64,000 bases of DNA from the NCBI GenBank assembly GCA_964035545.1, contig OZ037772.1, positions 12,584,818 to 12,648,817 on the forward strand. The letters are read 5' to 3'. The translations under genes and the position numbers were made by a program. Each line of letters begins with the position of its first letter. Position 1 is the stretch's first letter. This stretch comes from Bugula neritina. Lineage: Eukaryota > Animalia > Bryozoa. The notes beneath the pieces are model-generated. The model did not search any database, was not told the DNA's origin, and saw nothing but the letters and a program-made list of their open reading frames with translations. Of the stretch, positions 39,651 through 64,000 are shown piece after piece.

Positions 39651-40935
39651 ATTATAATTACTCTTTAAAACTGGCAAAACTTGGCAAGTTAAAATATTCA
39701 CTTGACCAATCGCGTGAGTGCTTTTTGATCTGTGTTTAGCCTATCACAACGCCTATAACATTCTGGGTTGTTATCTCACCTTACATATTGTATTATAATT
39801 ACATATAATTACCCTTTGAAAATGGCAAAACTTGGCAAGTTACAATATTTACTTGACCAATCACGTGAGTGCTTTTTGATTTGTGTTTAGCCTATCACAA
39901 TGCTTATAACATTCTGGGTTGTTATCTCACCCTACATATTGTATTATAATTACATATAATTACCCTTTGAAAATGGCAAAACTTGGCAAGTTAAAATATT
40001 CATTTGACCAATCAGGTTCGTGCTCTTTGATTTGTGTTTAGCCTATCACAATGCTTGTAACATTCTGACTTGTTTTTTCACCTTACATATTATATTATAA
40101 TTACATATAATTACCCTTTGAAAATGGCAAAACTTGGCAAGTTACAATATTCACTTGACCAATCAGATTCGTGCTTTTTGATTTGTGTTTAGCCTATCAC
40201 AATGCTTATAACATTCTGGGTTGTTATCTCACCCTACATATTGTATTATAATTACATATAATTACCCTTTGAAAATGGCAAAACTTGGCAAGTTAAAATA
40301 TTCATTTGACCAATCAGGTTCGTGCTCTTTGATTTGTGTTTAGCCTATCACAATGCTTATAACATTCTGGGTTGTTATCTCACCTTACATATTGTATTAT
40401 AATTACATATAATTACCCTTTGAAAATGGCAAAACTTGGCAAGTTAAAATATTCATTTGACCAATCAGGTTCGTGCTCTTTGATTTGTGTTTAGCCTATC
40501 ACAATGCTTATAACATTCTGGGTTGTTATCTCACCTTACATATTGTATTATAATTACATATAATTACCCTTTGAAAATGGCAAAACTTGGCAAGTTACAA
40601 TATTCATTTGACCAATCAGGTTCGTGCTCTTTGATTTGTGTTTAGCCTATCACAATGCTTATAACATTCTGGGTTGTTATCTCACCCTACATATTATATT
40701 ATAATTACATATAATTACCCTTTGAAAATGGCAAAACTTGGCAAGTTACAATATTCATTTGACCAATCAGGTTCGTGCTCTTTGATTTGTGTTTAGCCTA
40801 TCACATTGCTTATAACATTCTGGGTTGTTATCTCACCTTACATATTGTATTATAATTACATATAATTACCCTTTGAAAATGGCAAAACTTGGCAAGTTAA
40901 AATATTCATTTGACCAATCAGGTTCGTGCTTTTTG
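39651..40935. repeat. 151-bp satellite, about 8.5 copies, each with a CCAAT box
   Basis: ACCCTTTGAAAATGG recurs at 39811, 39962 and 40113, giving a period of 151. Each unit contains TTGACCAATC. Confidence 0.95.
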
Positions 40936-41242
40936 TTATATAATTGCATATAATATTCCCAAAATTAATAATGCATAGTATTCACATAATATATAGAAAT
41001 ATGAATTCACATAGACATGTAAATAATATACATAATTATTACACCATAAGCATGTGTATACTATATAATTATAATAAATCCTATTATATGAATAAGTAAA
41101 TGCAAAATTTAGCAAAGAATATAATATAATATAATAACTGGCCAGACACATAAAAGAAAGACTGAAAAGAAAGCTTGTAGGGATTAACTGTTGGGTGTAG
41201 CATCTGTCCCTAGGTTCTGACATTTATGCATAGAAAGGGGAC

Positions 41243-41382
41243 CACAGTCTATCATCTATGTTAACGGAGGAGGTAATTAAAAGGGGTGTGTAATTCAACT
41301 CAGTAGATGATATATCATCACCACTATTTGACTATAGGGTAATTAAAAGGAGCGTGTATTTCAACATAGATGATAGACTGTG
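41243..41382. mobile_element. 140-bp MITE-like foldback element
   Basis: Perfect 20-bp inverted repeats CACAGTCTATCATCTATGTT / AACATAGATGATAGACTGTG enclose two direct copies of GGTAATTAAAAGGRGYGTGTAWTTCAAC. No clear TSD. Confidence 0.6.
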
Positions 41383-41860
41383 ATTCTTACCATTGCATAT
41401 TTTATACTAAAAGTAGGGGAGGGTAGAATGCCAGCCTAGGTCACAGTGCACAGTTTTTATTCTTAAAGTTTAGACTAGAAATGTGTATACAAGTTTTGAT
41501 TAAATACTATAATAATCTCAAATGACTAGATCTACTAGTTTTCAACAGCTAGTTACCTACTGCTAAGCACTTTGACACTTTATAGCATAGTAAAGACAAA
41601 TTGGCAATGTCTGGTTAGTCTGGTAGACTTTGCAGCTAACTTTTAGAGCTGCTTGCATGTGCAATTAGCAACTGGCATTGCTCTAAACTTATTTATAATC
41701 TTACAATTATCTTTACATCGTCATCCAAGATAAAAGGTCCAATGACGCTACATTTTGTTACCAGACGAATGAGACTCGGCGAGCCAACGTCATTAGAGAG
41801 TAATTGATTACATCGTCACCCAAATAGGATGTAACTATGTCCACGTAAAGTCTAACTTCC

Positions 41861-44800
41861 TTAGGTGGTAGGCTCATCGGAGTGCCCTCTGTACTTGTTT
41901 CTACAAGGAAATCACTTAGTAATGAGCGTCACACGATAAACTCCTTGGAACATCACATCCCCTGGCATGTCACATGCGCCCCCTTGCATCCTAACACACT
42001 ACACACTACGTACCTGCACCACACACTCATCCCCCTTATACATACCTACGATTCACCATCTGCTCATCATCTGGCGAACACTGCCCGTTAGAAAACTTTG
42101 TGAAACTTGGCCTTTCTCTATTATAAAGCCGAGCTTTTGCTCCTCTGGGACACCAGTCGGCTTGTCCATACCGCGGCCTGTGAGGTGGTGGCGGTGAGTA
42201 GGCGGCGTCAAACACTCTATACAAGTAAAACAGCGGTTAAAGAGATTGGCAAGTAAGAAGTTCAGGAAAGTATTTATTAAGTTTGATTGACAGTTAAAAA
42301 GTATATATAGAAATCGTCTCATTGACTAGTCAACCGTTGAATCAACAAAAAGCCAGTATAGCATGATCACGCAGAAATAAATGTCAACAATAACAAAAAA
42401 ATCTCACCTTTGAGGTTTCATATGCAGAAATTGCTTTTTATGAGTCCAGAGTTCTGCGTATGTATCAAAGCTACAAGATAATTTGCAATGTTTAAGGTGA
42501 CCCGCTACAAGGTAAAGCTTCAGCAACCGATTTGTTTAGCATATAGTGGCCTAGTTGTTCAGCATATAATGTAATTACTTCCCAATGCCAACATGTGAAT
42601 AACAGAGGCTAGAAATCAGTGCAAAGATCTTACCTTTCAAAACAGGTAAAACAATTAACTTTCTCCTTAGTAGGAGAACTTTTGCTATCCTTAACAGCAT
42701 CTTCACGGTATTCTAAATATAAAAGGACATATTATCACCAGAAAGGTCCTCAAGTATTATGACAATGGTTATCATTACATAGTCACAAAACATGGGCCGA
42801 TAAAACAGCCAGCCATAAAAAGAGAGCTTTGACTAAAAGATTTTGAACTATACTGACCACCATTCGTGGCTGCAGGCGGTGAAGCTGGACCATACATGCT
42901 TTGTCTCGCATACTCTGCAGGATACGTCGTGCATTTATCAACAGCTTCCTGCCATTCGCTACTTCTGACTGAGGGAAAATAACCCTTGCTTACCATCCTG
43001 AAAACATAAAGCCACCATGAAAAAATCATTACCTCAGAGTCAAGAGCATGTTTCATTCTCATACACATTATCTGCTGGTCAACATTGGTAATTCACAAGG
43101 ATGTAGTAGACGTAGTGGGTAATTATATAGAATCTCAACTCCACATGAATAAATAGTGCTATAAATATGCAGCACTATTCAAGAGATCAATAAACATCTT
43201 ATTATATATAAGAAAACTTTCTATAATACGAAAATATAGTTACTCTGCGTGTGAAGCCATAGACAACTTCTGGAATGTCCATTTTAGTGCCACCCCTTTC
43301 ATCTCCATTTTCTTTGTCGTCATCACCCAATGCTTTTGGTTTTCCTCTTCGAGAAGTCTCAAAATTTACATCCGTATGGCTGATGTTTTCTGCAGTGATA
43401 CCATAGTGCTTAAAACACCGCTCTCGGCAATATTGTCTAATCTTTTCGTCAAAACTTTGAGAATAAAGTTTCTCTATTTCTGGTGTTTTTATTGTGCTGG
43501 GAATAACCTCTCTTCTGCTTGTTTCACGCTTAACAGTGTCCGCAGATTCAAGCATCTGTGATTTTGGATGATCTTTTGACGAAAGTATCTGTTCATCTTT
43601 TTTAAATGCTGCTGTTTTGGATACTTGGCCTGATCCTGATAAATTAACTGCTTTCTAAGTTTCTGATAATGAATACTTTTCTCTTTTTGGCATGCCGTTG
43701 AGTCTTTGTTCCTTTTTCTAGCCTGTCTTTGGCTGGGCTCTGGACTTGAACTTGTTGCTGTCGTGGCCGTTGAGTCATTGGCTGGCGAGTCAGCTTGATC
43801 TGGTGATCGAATTCCATTCAACTGTGAACTTTTCTTTACTTGACTAATTGGCTCATTCAGATCGTTCATCTCAAATAGCTCTTCCGCCGTAGAAGTTGCT
43901 CTTTCACTCTTCACAACCACTGTCTCAGGGTTAACCTTTTCAACGTGCAGTCCAGAATTGATGCTCACAGCAGAACTGATTTCAATGAAGTAGCTATAAA
44001 TAGCTAACTCAGGGTAACCACCATTTGATTTAGATACAGTAAATGTTGCAGAAGACTTTTGTTCCACTAGAGAAACTGCTGGTGAAACTATTTGAGATAT
44101 AGTTGCCAGTGAGTCTTGCACTACACTCAACTCCCCAACTTCTAACTGATATGGAAGCGTGGCTTTCTGCCTTTCTCCATCTTGAAGCTTATGTTCTACA
44201 ATCATTCAGACAAGTTACTAGTAAGTTAGTAATTAGCTAACTACTTTGCATGGCTGGCAAATTATATCTGCCAAGTGAATATTTTAGTCTCACTTCACTT
44301 CTCTGAATACTGCGAGATATTTCAAGGTAACTTTAGTTGTATACATTAAAATTAAATATTTGTAAATTAAAAAACTATGCTTAATTTTCTGTACACAATA
44401 AACTAAATAATTGTGTCACCATTTACCCCAGATGGATTTAAAACTTCAGTACCTAGCGTATTTAATTCACTTAAGCTAAACTGAGTGTTTATCAAGCTAT
44501 TATTCTGGTACTTACTTTGTCTGAGCTGCCATTTTCTCCATGGAGCTCTGTCAGCTGGACAACCACCATTAGGGTACATTTCCAAGTGCTTTTTCAATAT
44601 CGAATTCTTGTTAAAGCCTTTACCACAGCACTCCCACTTAAATGGATGAAGACCGGTGTGATGGTCTCTGAAACAGCCGCTCCAAATTGAAATTTCAAAA
44701 AAAAAAAAAAAAAAAATTTTTTTTTTATATTTTAAGGTAATTAGCTGTTGCAAGTATTGAATATAAATTGTGAATTTTAAGCAGATTCATCAGATCAGAT

Positions 44801-45329
44801 TTTTAGGCTGGCTTACAAGTTTTCGGCGCAAAAAAACTCATCAACTAACCTCGCATGGTGTTTCACTTGGTAAGCTAAAACGGCTTTATATGGACAGTAG
44901 ACACACTCATACTTCTTTTCCTTTTCATGCATTTTTCTACAATCAAACCAGCTTATAGTTTCACCCAAATGAAGCACAGTTACCAATGTTCATGTCATGG
45001 GTATTACTTATGAAGCAGAAAGCACAGGTGGCCATCTTGAATATTTAAACTTCCCACAAACTTAATACCCACAGATTAGTTACCCACAGCATTGTATCCA
45101 CATAGCATACACAACATACTGCTCAAAAACTATAATTTACCAACGTATTATTTACCAACATTGTACTTACCTTTTGTGGCGAGACAACTGAGACTTTTTG
45201 TCACGAGTAGTGTCACAAAGGTCACAGGAATACTGTTTATTCGTGGCAACAGGAGCTGCAGTGCCATTTTCAGCAGTCCCTTGAGATCCAAGGTGAGCTG
45301 TCACATTGCTTTCAAAGACCTCCTGGCAG
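41861..45329 (-). pseudogene. Multi-exon C2H2 zinc-finger gene with disabling lesions
   Basis: Exons 45329-45171, 44667-44516, 44195-43244, 42997-42858, 42712-42634, 42470-42408, 42216-42046, 41900-41861. Fingers: YSCDLCDTTRDKKSQLSRHKRDHH, FKWECCGKGFNKNSILKKH (first Cys replaced by Trp), and CFTCFESFDTYAELWTHKKQFLH. Lesions: frameshift near 43715, in-frame TAG at 43655-43657, and a phase mismatch at the 43243 donor. Confidence 0.65.
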
Positions 45330-45589
45330 CTAACAGGAGTTGAAATGATTGCACTCTTGCATTGTTCGGTTCAGATTATTTAGTGTAGCAAATATATTTA
45401 CTATAAGGTATGTGGTATACAGTTCATAGAGATGAGCTTTCATGGCTGCTAAAAGCTGGCTTGTTGGTTTTTGCAAACTTTAATTGACCTCTATTCATGT
45501 AGAAGTAGACTGAGATTGCAGAATATGGCTTGGTTAAATAAATAAAATAACATAAAGGCTTATAGATATAGAACTTTCAAAAGCTCAAA

Positions 45590-45706
45590 AAGCCTTCAAA
45601 AATGCCTGAATTTTTTAGAAATCTAAATTCTCTCTTAAAATGCCTAAATTCTCCATAGGAGGAAATTCCCCCTAGGAGGAAATTCCCCCCAGGTTGGCAA
45701 CCACTG
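45590..45706. mobile_element. Single terminus of a hAT-like non-autonomous element
   Basis: Ends GTTGGCAACCACTG (reverse complement CAGTGGTTGCCAAC, hAT-like TIR) with subterminal repeats TAGGAGGAAATTCCCCC x2. The partner end was not found. Confidence 0.45.
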
Positions 45707-48700
45707 ATATAACATAGGTGATCAAAGTTTTTACTATTATTAATTAATATATAAATGCTAACTGAGAATCTAGTTAAAACTAAGCAAATAGTCAGACTGG
45801 ATAATGCTAGTAACTAAATAATAATAGTGCACATAGTTCGATTGCCATGTCAAACACTATTGCTGTGTCCTTCCAGATTAGCTATCAAAGTTTTTTGCAG
45901 ATGCTAAAATATATTTGACTACTTTGAAATTGAATGAATATAAATATATAATGTAGAAGCATAATCTAAAAGATTATACTATTTCAAAAAAAATAGGCTT
46001 GACTATGGTTTTGCTGAAACACCCAAGTGTGAAGCCTTTTGAGCTAAAATACCAGCAGTGACATGTGTACCGTTAATGGATAGAGATTAAGTCAATGCTA
46101 AAGAGCATTAGTTAAAAAAGCAACTTCTATTAAATGTGGTGTCTGCAGTCTGACATTTAATAGTTGCAGTTGTTTGAAATTTGAGGTCATAATTTGATAC
46201 CAAACTGACAGGAGGAGTAGAGAAATGTACACACATGGTGTGATTCTGCCTACTTTGGCTAAATGCAAGTTTTGTCTTTAGTTTGGCAAATATATTGATC
46301 TAAAAAACTTGGATGCTTTTCATTTACAGTCCATGTTTTGTGTCTGTTATTCATAATATTAGATATAACTAAAGATCGTGTTTTCTTACCTGAGAAAGCA
46401 ACCTCGTTGTGTGAAATATTACCGGCAACATCATGCCACTATTAATTTTAATAGCTACAAATAGGTAGTAACAAAGCCTATGATTAGCTTATTTATTAAT
46501 GTTTGCTTTTTTTCTATTACGACAGTACCAGCAGTGATATACACTGTCTGGACCGTAGGCCAAGGGTGCGTCTTGCGACACTAAGTACGATTCTACCAGA
46601 TAACCTCAGCTGCATTAGTGAGTTGACTGAACAACTTAGTCTGATATTTACCTTTTATGCAACGACAAGGTTCGCTAGTGGAATCGTGTGAATGTAACCG
46701 TGCGCTATAAACACACTCTGTCTACCCAACGATGTCGCATCGCGACTAGTTAAATCGTGATCGATTAGTAAACGGTGTGCTATAAATGTTATAACTTTGT
46801 AATATTGTATAATTCATTTATACCATGGTTAAACTTTATTGCACAATATTTCCATATACGTTAATAAAGATTGATAAAATTATTTTGCTATTTCTATTAA
46901 TTGCAATGTAATTCAATGCAAAGACGCATACTAAATTTTACTAAATGCTAAGGGAGATAAACCCTAATTGTTAACTTTAGGCTTTATATTACAAGTTATA
47001 TGTTACTGTTATTTGAATTAAAAGCAAAGCGGGCTGCAAGAAGTCTATTTAAACATAATTTAATATTTATTGCTGTAGTGAGTTAAACCAACATCAAGAA
47101 ATGGTTTGCATTGGTGGGATAGTAGTGTTACATATACACATAGTTGCAGTGCCTTGTCTAGTGTAGGCAAGAATATACAAGAGTAATCATAGCTTGCATT
47201 GTTCTGTCAGTGTTCTATAATAGACAAAATTGACATGAAAACAACAAGCCTACATCAAACCTCCTGACTTTTAGCTGGTCTAATAAAAGAAATATTCATT
47301 AAATAATTAAATTAATATGGATTTAGCAATATTGTTTATATTTTTATACAAATACACTTCTCACTATTGCTGCAGAAACATAAAGTATTAATACTATTTA
47401 AAGGTGTCCAGGGTGCATTATGAGCTCAGTATATAACTCAGTTGACTCATTTATTACAATTTGTTTAACTAAATCATTTTCAACGTAAATAAAACAAGTA
47501 AAATCCATTTACATCTTTTTTTAATCAACTCAAATATAATATTGTGCAAAAAGCAATACCAAGGGAGACAAACCCTAAATGTCCCTCAATATTGTGTATA
47601 ATCAAGCTGTTTGGCTGTAAGATGGCTATTGAATATTCAATTTTCAAATAGTGTTGAGTTGAATCAAGGAGTTGTCTCCCTTCAGTATTGTTAGCCTAGG
47701 GCGGAGTTATATTTATACTGACCCTTTCCCTATATAGCTGAGTCGCTGAACAGATTGATGCTATATATAACCCTAATTCTCAGCCTCACTGAGTGCACTG
47801 CCACCCTCTATTAGATTAACCCCAGAAAGTGGAGGGTAATGCGGCAGCAATCAATACCAACTTTGCTTGAGCTATTGTCATGGGCTTTCCGCTGCCGCTC
47901 AACATTTCTGGTTTCAGCTAATTTGTTTGTCCAGCGTCTGCTGCCGCAGATATTTTCATCTGTGCTGCCTTTTGATTACTCACCGCAAACCTTTTTAACG
48001 AGAAGTTGCAACAAAGTCTTTAAACATGAGTCTAAAGTTCTCTTACATTCAAATCTCTCTAAATAACCTGTTTATTTGCTGGATAAATTAATGTAATCTA
48101 AAAAAGTGACTTTCAACATGCAGTTCCTAGTGTGTCAATAGAACTTTGAGAATCGATTTCTGTATTAATTGCTAGTTTAAGGACTTGATATCATCATGTT
48201 GCATATTAACTGCATGGCTGTTATATAATATTATTCGTATTGTGGTACATTATATTGTATCCTGTGAAACTATAGCAGATATTACTATGTTTAACATTCT
48301 TGTTCACATAAAACTTGTTAAGAAGATGACATGATATACAAAATCACATGTTTTCTTTCCTAACCAGGTTTCAGTATACTTAGCATAGGAATGTAGAGTA
48401 TATTTGTGAAATGAATAACTGGAGTCACACAGCAACTAAATATTCTCATGTTTACTAAAAGCTGAAAGAACTGAGGCAAGAGAATTTGATTATAAGTTCC
48501 TTTATTTATTTAAATATCTTATATTCAATCAGCAGAATAAAATAATAATAATAATGGGACTCACTGCATTGATCTCCACAGACAAATGGCTAGCATATTA
48601 TAGTGAGAAGTAGATGTGTTCATGTAGTACTGTACAAGAGAGTAATAATATCATAGAAGTCATGGTAAACCTGAAGTAACACTATATACATATCAGATCT

Positions 48701-48920
48701 TGTCCAGCCAATCAGCTGTTGCCAGGTAACATTAATATTTCACGGATAATTTAAAATATAAATATAGCATGTCATTGACAATAGTTTACAAAACAATCAC
48801 AAAAATTTATTCACTATTTCGAGTGTCGAAAGCTTAAATAAAATATAAATAAAAATATAAAAATTCTTTAGATATTGCGAGGTAACTTAACCTTGCCGAA
48901 TGTTTAGACTTAGATTAGTG

Positions 48921-60988
<12,068 letters not shown>

Positions 60989-62329
60989 TGTGTGGTGTAC
61001 CTACAGTGTAACCAGATTGCTATTGGTCAGTTCTCTGTGGTGTATCAACATAATATTGTAATATAATGTAGTATAATACAATATAATGTAAGATATTATA
61101 GTGTAGTATCATACAATATAATATAAAATAATACAACATAATACAATACAACATAATACAATTATGTGTTTCCTATAGGTATTATAGCTTTTCATTACAA
61201 CAGTTATTATTAAGATATAATACAATATCATAATAGCAACAATCTCAATATTTACAAACAAGGCAAAGGCTGTTACACATCACAATGTTAATGGAATAAC
61301 ACAAAGAAAATATAATGAATTTTAATAAATGCTAAATAACAGATTTAAAGTAAAAATTAAGAATATTTGGTATATTCTCTATCTGTTTGTATTCTCTACC
61401 TGTGTGTATAGCTGAAAGGAGGGAGGTATCACGAGCTGGAAAGAAATATCACGAACTGGAGGGAGATATCACGTCAGTTGAACCAATAGAAGCACTCACC
61501 ACACGTCAACTGATAAAGCTCGCTGATTGCACTTCATTAATATCTTCCATCAGCTAAAAGCCTTTTAAGATTTGCTAATCAAATTACCAAAATCTCTTCA
61601 CAATATAAACCGGCCAATCGATTGCGTGAGCTGTGGGAGAACTGGCCAATAGTTGAATGGTGTCCGGGACAAACTGACCAATGAGATCACAGGAGTGTGA
61701 CCAAAGTGAGACACTTTGTTGACAGAAGTTATTAAATTATTGGCAATGAAATAGCAGTAATTAAAGTAAACATGAGTTGCCACACCTCAAGCAGCTTTCC
61801 CCTCAGAGCAGTAGCTGTGGTAGAATCTAATGTGTGAGACTGTAAGGGGAAGCAGAGCATATAATTGAAATAAATAACTTTTACAGTAATTAAAGTCATA
61901 CATTATTATCATTTAGTGCATGCTTATAATTTAATATCATAACTAATATAAATGTATTACAACTAAAGTAATATTGAACTATACTATATAATATGCAGTA
62001 GAATTATATAATATAACATTATATTAAAGTAGAATCATATATAACATATTGTTGTATAGTAGAACTTTATAAAATGCCTGATATAATAGAATATGCAATA
62101 TATGATATATAATTTTACTAATATATTACATATTATATAACATATTAGTAGAGTTATACATAACGTACAAAAAAGCGTAGAATTAAATATAATATCTTAT
62201 ATAACTTATATATTGTACTAATAGAATTGCATATAACATATTAGTGGCACAACACAATTACATAATAATATAATTTTCACATATTTATATGCAAGTTTGT
62301 TAGAAAGTCATTATAACACAGTGCGGGGA

Positions 62330-62450
62330 CTACTACATCTACAGCTACAGTTACAGTTACAAATGCTACTACAGCTACAAGTACAGATACAGATACAGTT
62401 ACAAATGCTACTACAGCTACAAGTACATCTACAGCTACAAGCACTACTAT
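62330..62450. repeat. Degenerate hexamer repeat (ACAGTT/ACAGCT/ACAGAT)n
   Basis: Directly visible; it explains ORFs 62277-62489 and 62297-62482. Confidence 0.8.
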
Positions 62451-64000
62451 GCAATTTAATTCACAGAGAAATGTGGCAGTAATCACCATCTTATATATAT
62501 TATCTCATGAAGTAATATTAATATGAAGAACAGATTTAAAAGTTCAATATTTTTTAATGCAAGTCCAGAAGCTGCCTTCATGTATAACGTCACGTCACGT
62601 GGTTGACAATTTTCGTGACCTGCAAATGCAAAAACAGCGATTAAATGATATTTTGAATTTGAGTAAACTATTAGGTGAAAATTATTTTATAAGACATGTC
62701 CCTTAGATAAGAAGCCTAGTGGCATCTGCCAGTGAATTCTACTATATTAAAGATAAAATTACATTGTGTTGAATTACCTTATCTAGGTTTGTGTCATGTG
62801 ATTTAGCAGCTACGAAAACTACCAACTTGAAGTTGCCTTGTATAAGTATTATCTTGGCATGTTTGCGACTTGTGACATTGTTCTAGTTGTAGAACCTTGT
62901 AAAATTTATAATTAATTGGAGCAAATTAATATTTTGGTTTCATGAAATATAATTTCATGATGTACATCAAGTTTTACTAGCTATAAACAACAATTTCATA
63001 ATTAGCTGGTTTGTCAAACTTGCAATGAAGCAAATGAGCCTCATAGAGTCGTGTGTCTTCAAGTCTGATATTCATGAAATACTTGCCTCGCCAAGTGTTT
63101 GAATTCAACAAAAGAATTTTTTACAGTTTAGCCGATTGTAATAACAGTTGATTAGGCATGCAGTCATATCAATTAGGGGTGAAATCTTTTGTGTACGCTA
63201 ATCTGTTGGGACAACAGTAGTCATGTTTGTTGAGTATTGCCGATATTATTTCACTAGAGGTTAGTATTTAATCTTAAAAATATGAATATTTAAAACTAAA
63301 CAATTAGGTACAGGGAATGGCAAGGGGACAATGAAGTTGAGTAAACATTAGCCATGACACGTGGCCCTCTTGTGTTGATAAGACCTGTTTGAACAGAGCC
63401 TCTTCTCCTGTGTAAACAAACAGAAAAATCTTGCGTGTTGTGATAACCAGTGGAGGTCGCAGTGCTTTCCCATTCTCCTCATTGTTCCTTTGTATCAAAA
63501 ACTAGTTGAACCTATTTGTTAAAGAAAACATAATTAACTATTTGTATGTTGAAATAATAATTCTCACATGTTTTTATTTTGTTACTTTTCAAGCAGATTT
63601 CCATTCTTCAACATCTGGCGCACTTCTCACCACAATCTGAGCTCGGCCAATCATGGTGCAGTATACAAAATCTACAGCCAATCAGGTGGAGTCTATCAGC
63701 AATCAGGCGTAAAATCTGAAGTGGTGAGAGAAATACATATAATCTTAAGAGAAGCTCTTGAGGATGCTGGAGTTGATTGAAGTGGTGGTTGGGTTACCAA
63801 ATACCAGAGTGTTTTATTGACCATCATCTCCTGTCAATTCAACCGCCTCAGCTCTCAATGGCCCTCACGTAATTTATCATTTCTCACAAGTATTTCTGAT
63901 TCCGTCAAACCCAGTATTCGTATCTCACTCCGGGTCTTATCAACTGCAACATACTCAATACTGCCTGACGTACTGACAGGATGTGCACAACCTTACATTT

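Noticed and set aside
39651-40935. CRISPR array or 5S/tRNA gene cluster
   Set aside because: Whole units are near-identical with no spacers, and there is no recognisable 5S, tRNA or snRNA sequence.
46940-47950. Short inverted and dispersed motifs (AAGGGAGACAA / TTGTCTCCCTT; TGCGGCAGCA / TGCTGCCGCA)
   Set aside because: Probably old MITE debris; boundaries and TSDs cannot be defined.
48718-48730. X-box-like GTTGCCAGGTAAC downstream of the Gfi1 stop
   Set aside because: Isolated 13-bp match in a probable 3' UTR with no supporting context.

Overview
This is AT-rich, intron-rich animal DNA from an invertebrate, probably a lophotrochozoan (inferred from sequence style only). I rebuilt seven multi-exon models by hand from GT-AG boundaries and phase continuity: a 7-finger C2H2 zinc-finger gene (-), RalGPS (+), CFAP157 (-), SWI5/Sae3 (+), a 5'-truncated and frameshifted FAM166/CIMIP2 copy (+), a disabled C2H2 zinc-finger gene (-), and a Gfi1/Gfi1b/Senseless orthologue (-). 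Mobile DNA includes an internally deleted AcademX-type transposon with both TIRs and a 3-bp TSD inside a Gfi1 intron, an RTE LINE 3' fragment and several MITE-like pieces. Tandem repeats are abundant and often start at, or contain, splice signals; the largest is a 5-kb 20-mer array that makes up almost an entire CFAP157 intron. The most notable observations are: (i) all five nameable genes have human homologues on 9q33-34, part of the MHC paralogon; (ii) tandem repeats anchored on splice sites; (iii) a Gfi1 N-terminus with an eh1-like motif instead of SNAG, plus SNAG-like relics upstream; (iv) RFX and forkhead ciliary elements in CFAP157. No tRNA, rRNA or CRISPR features were seen.
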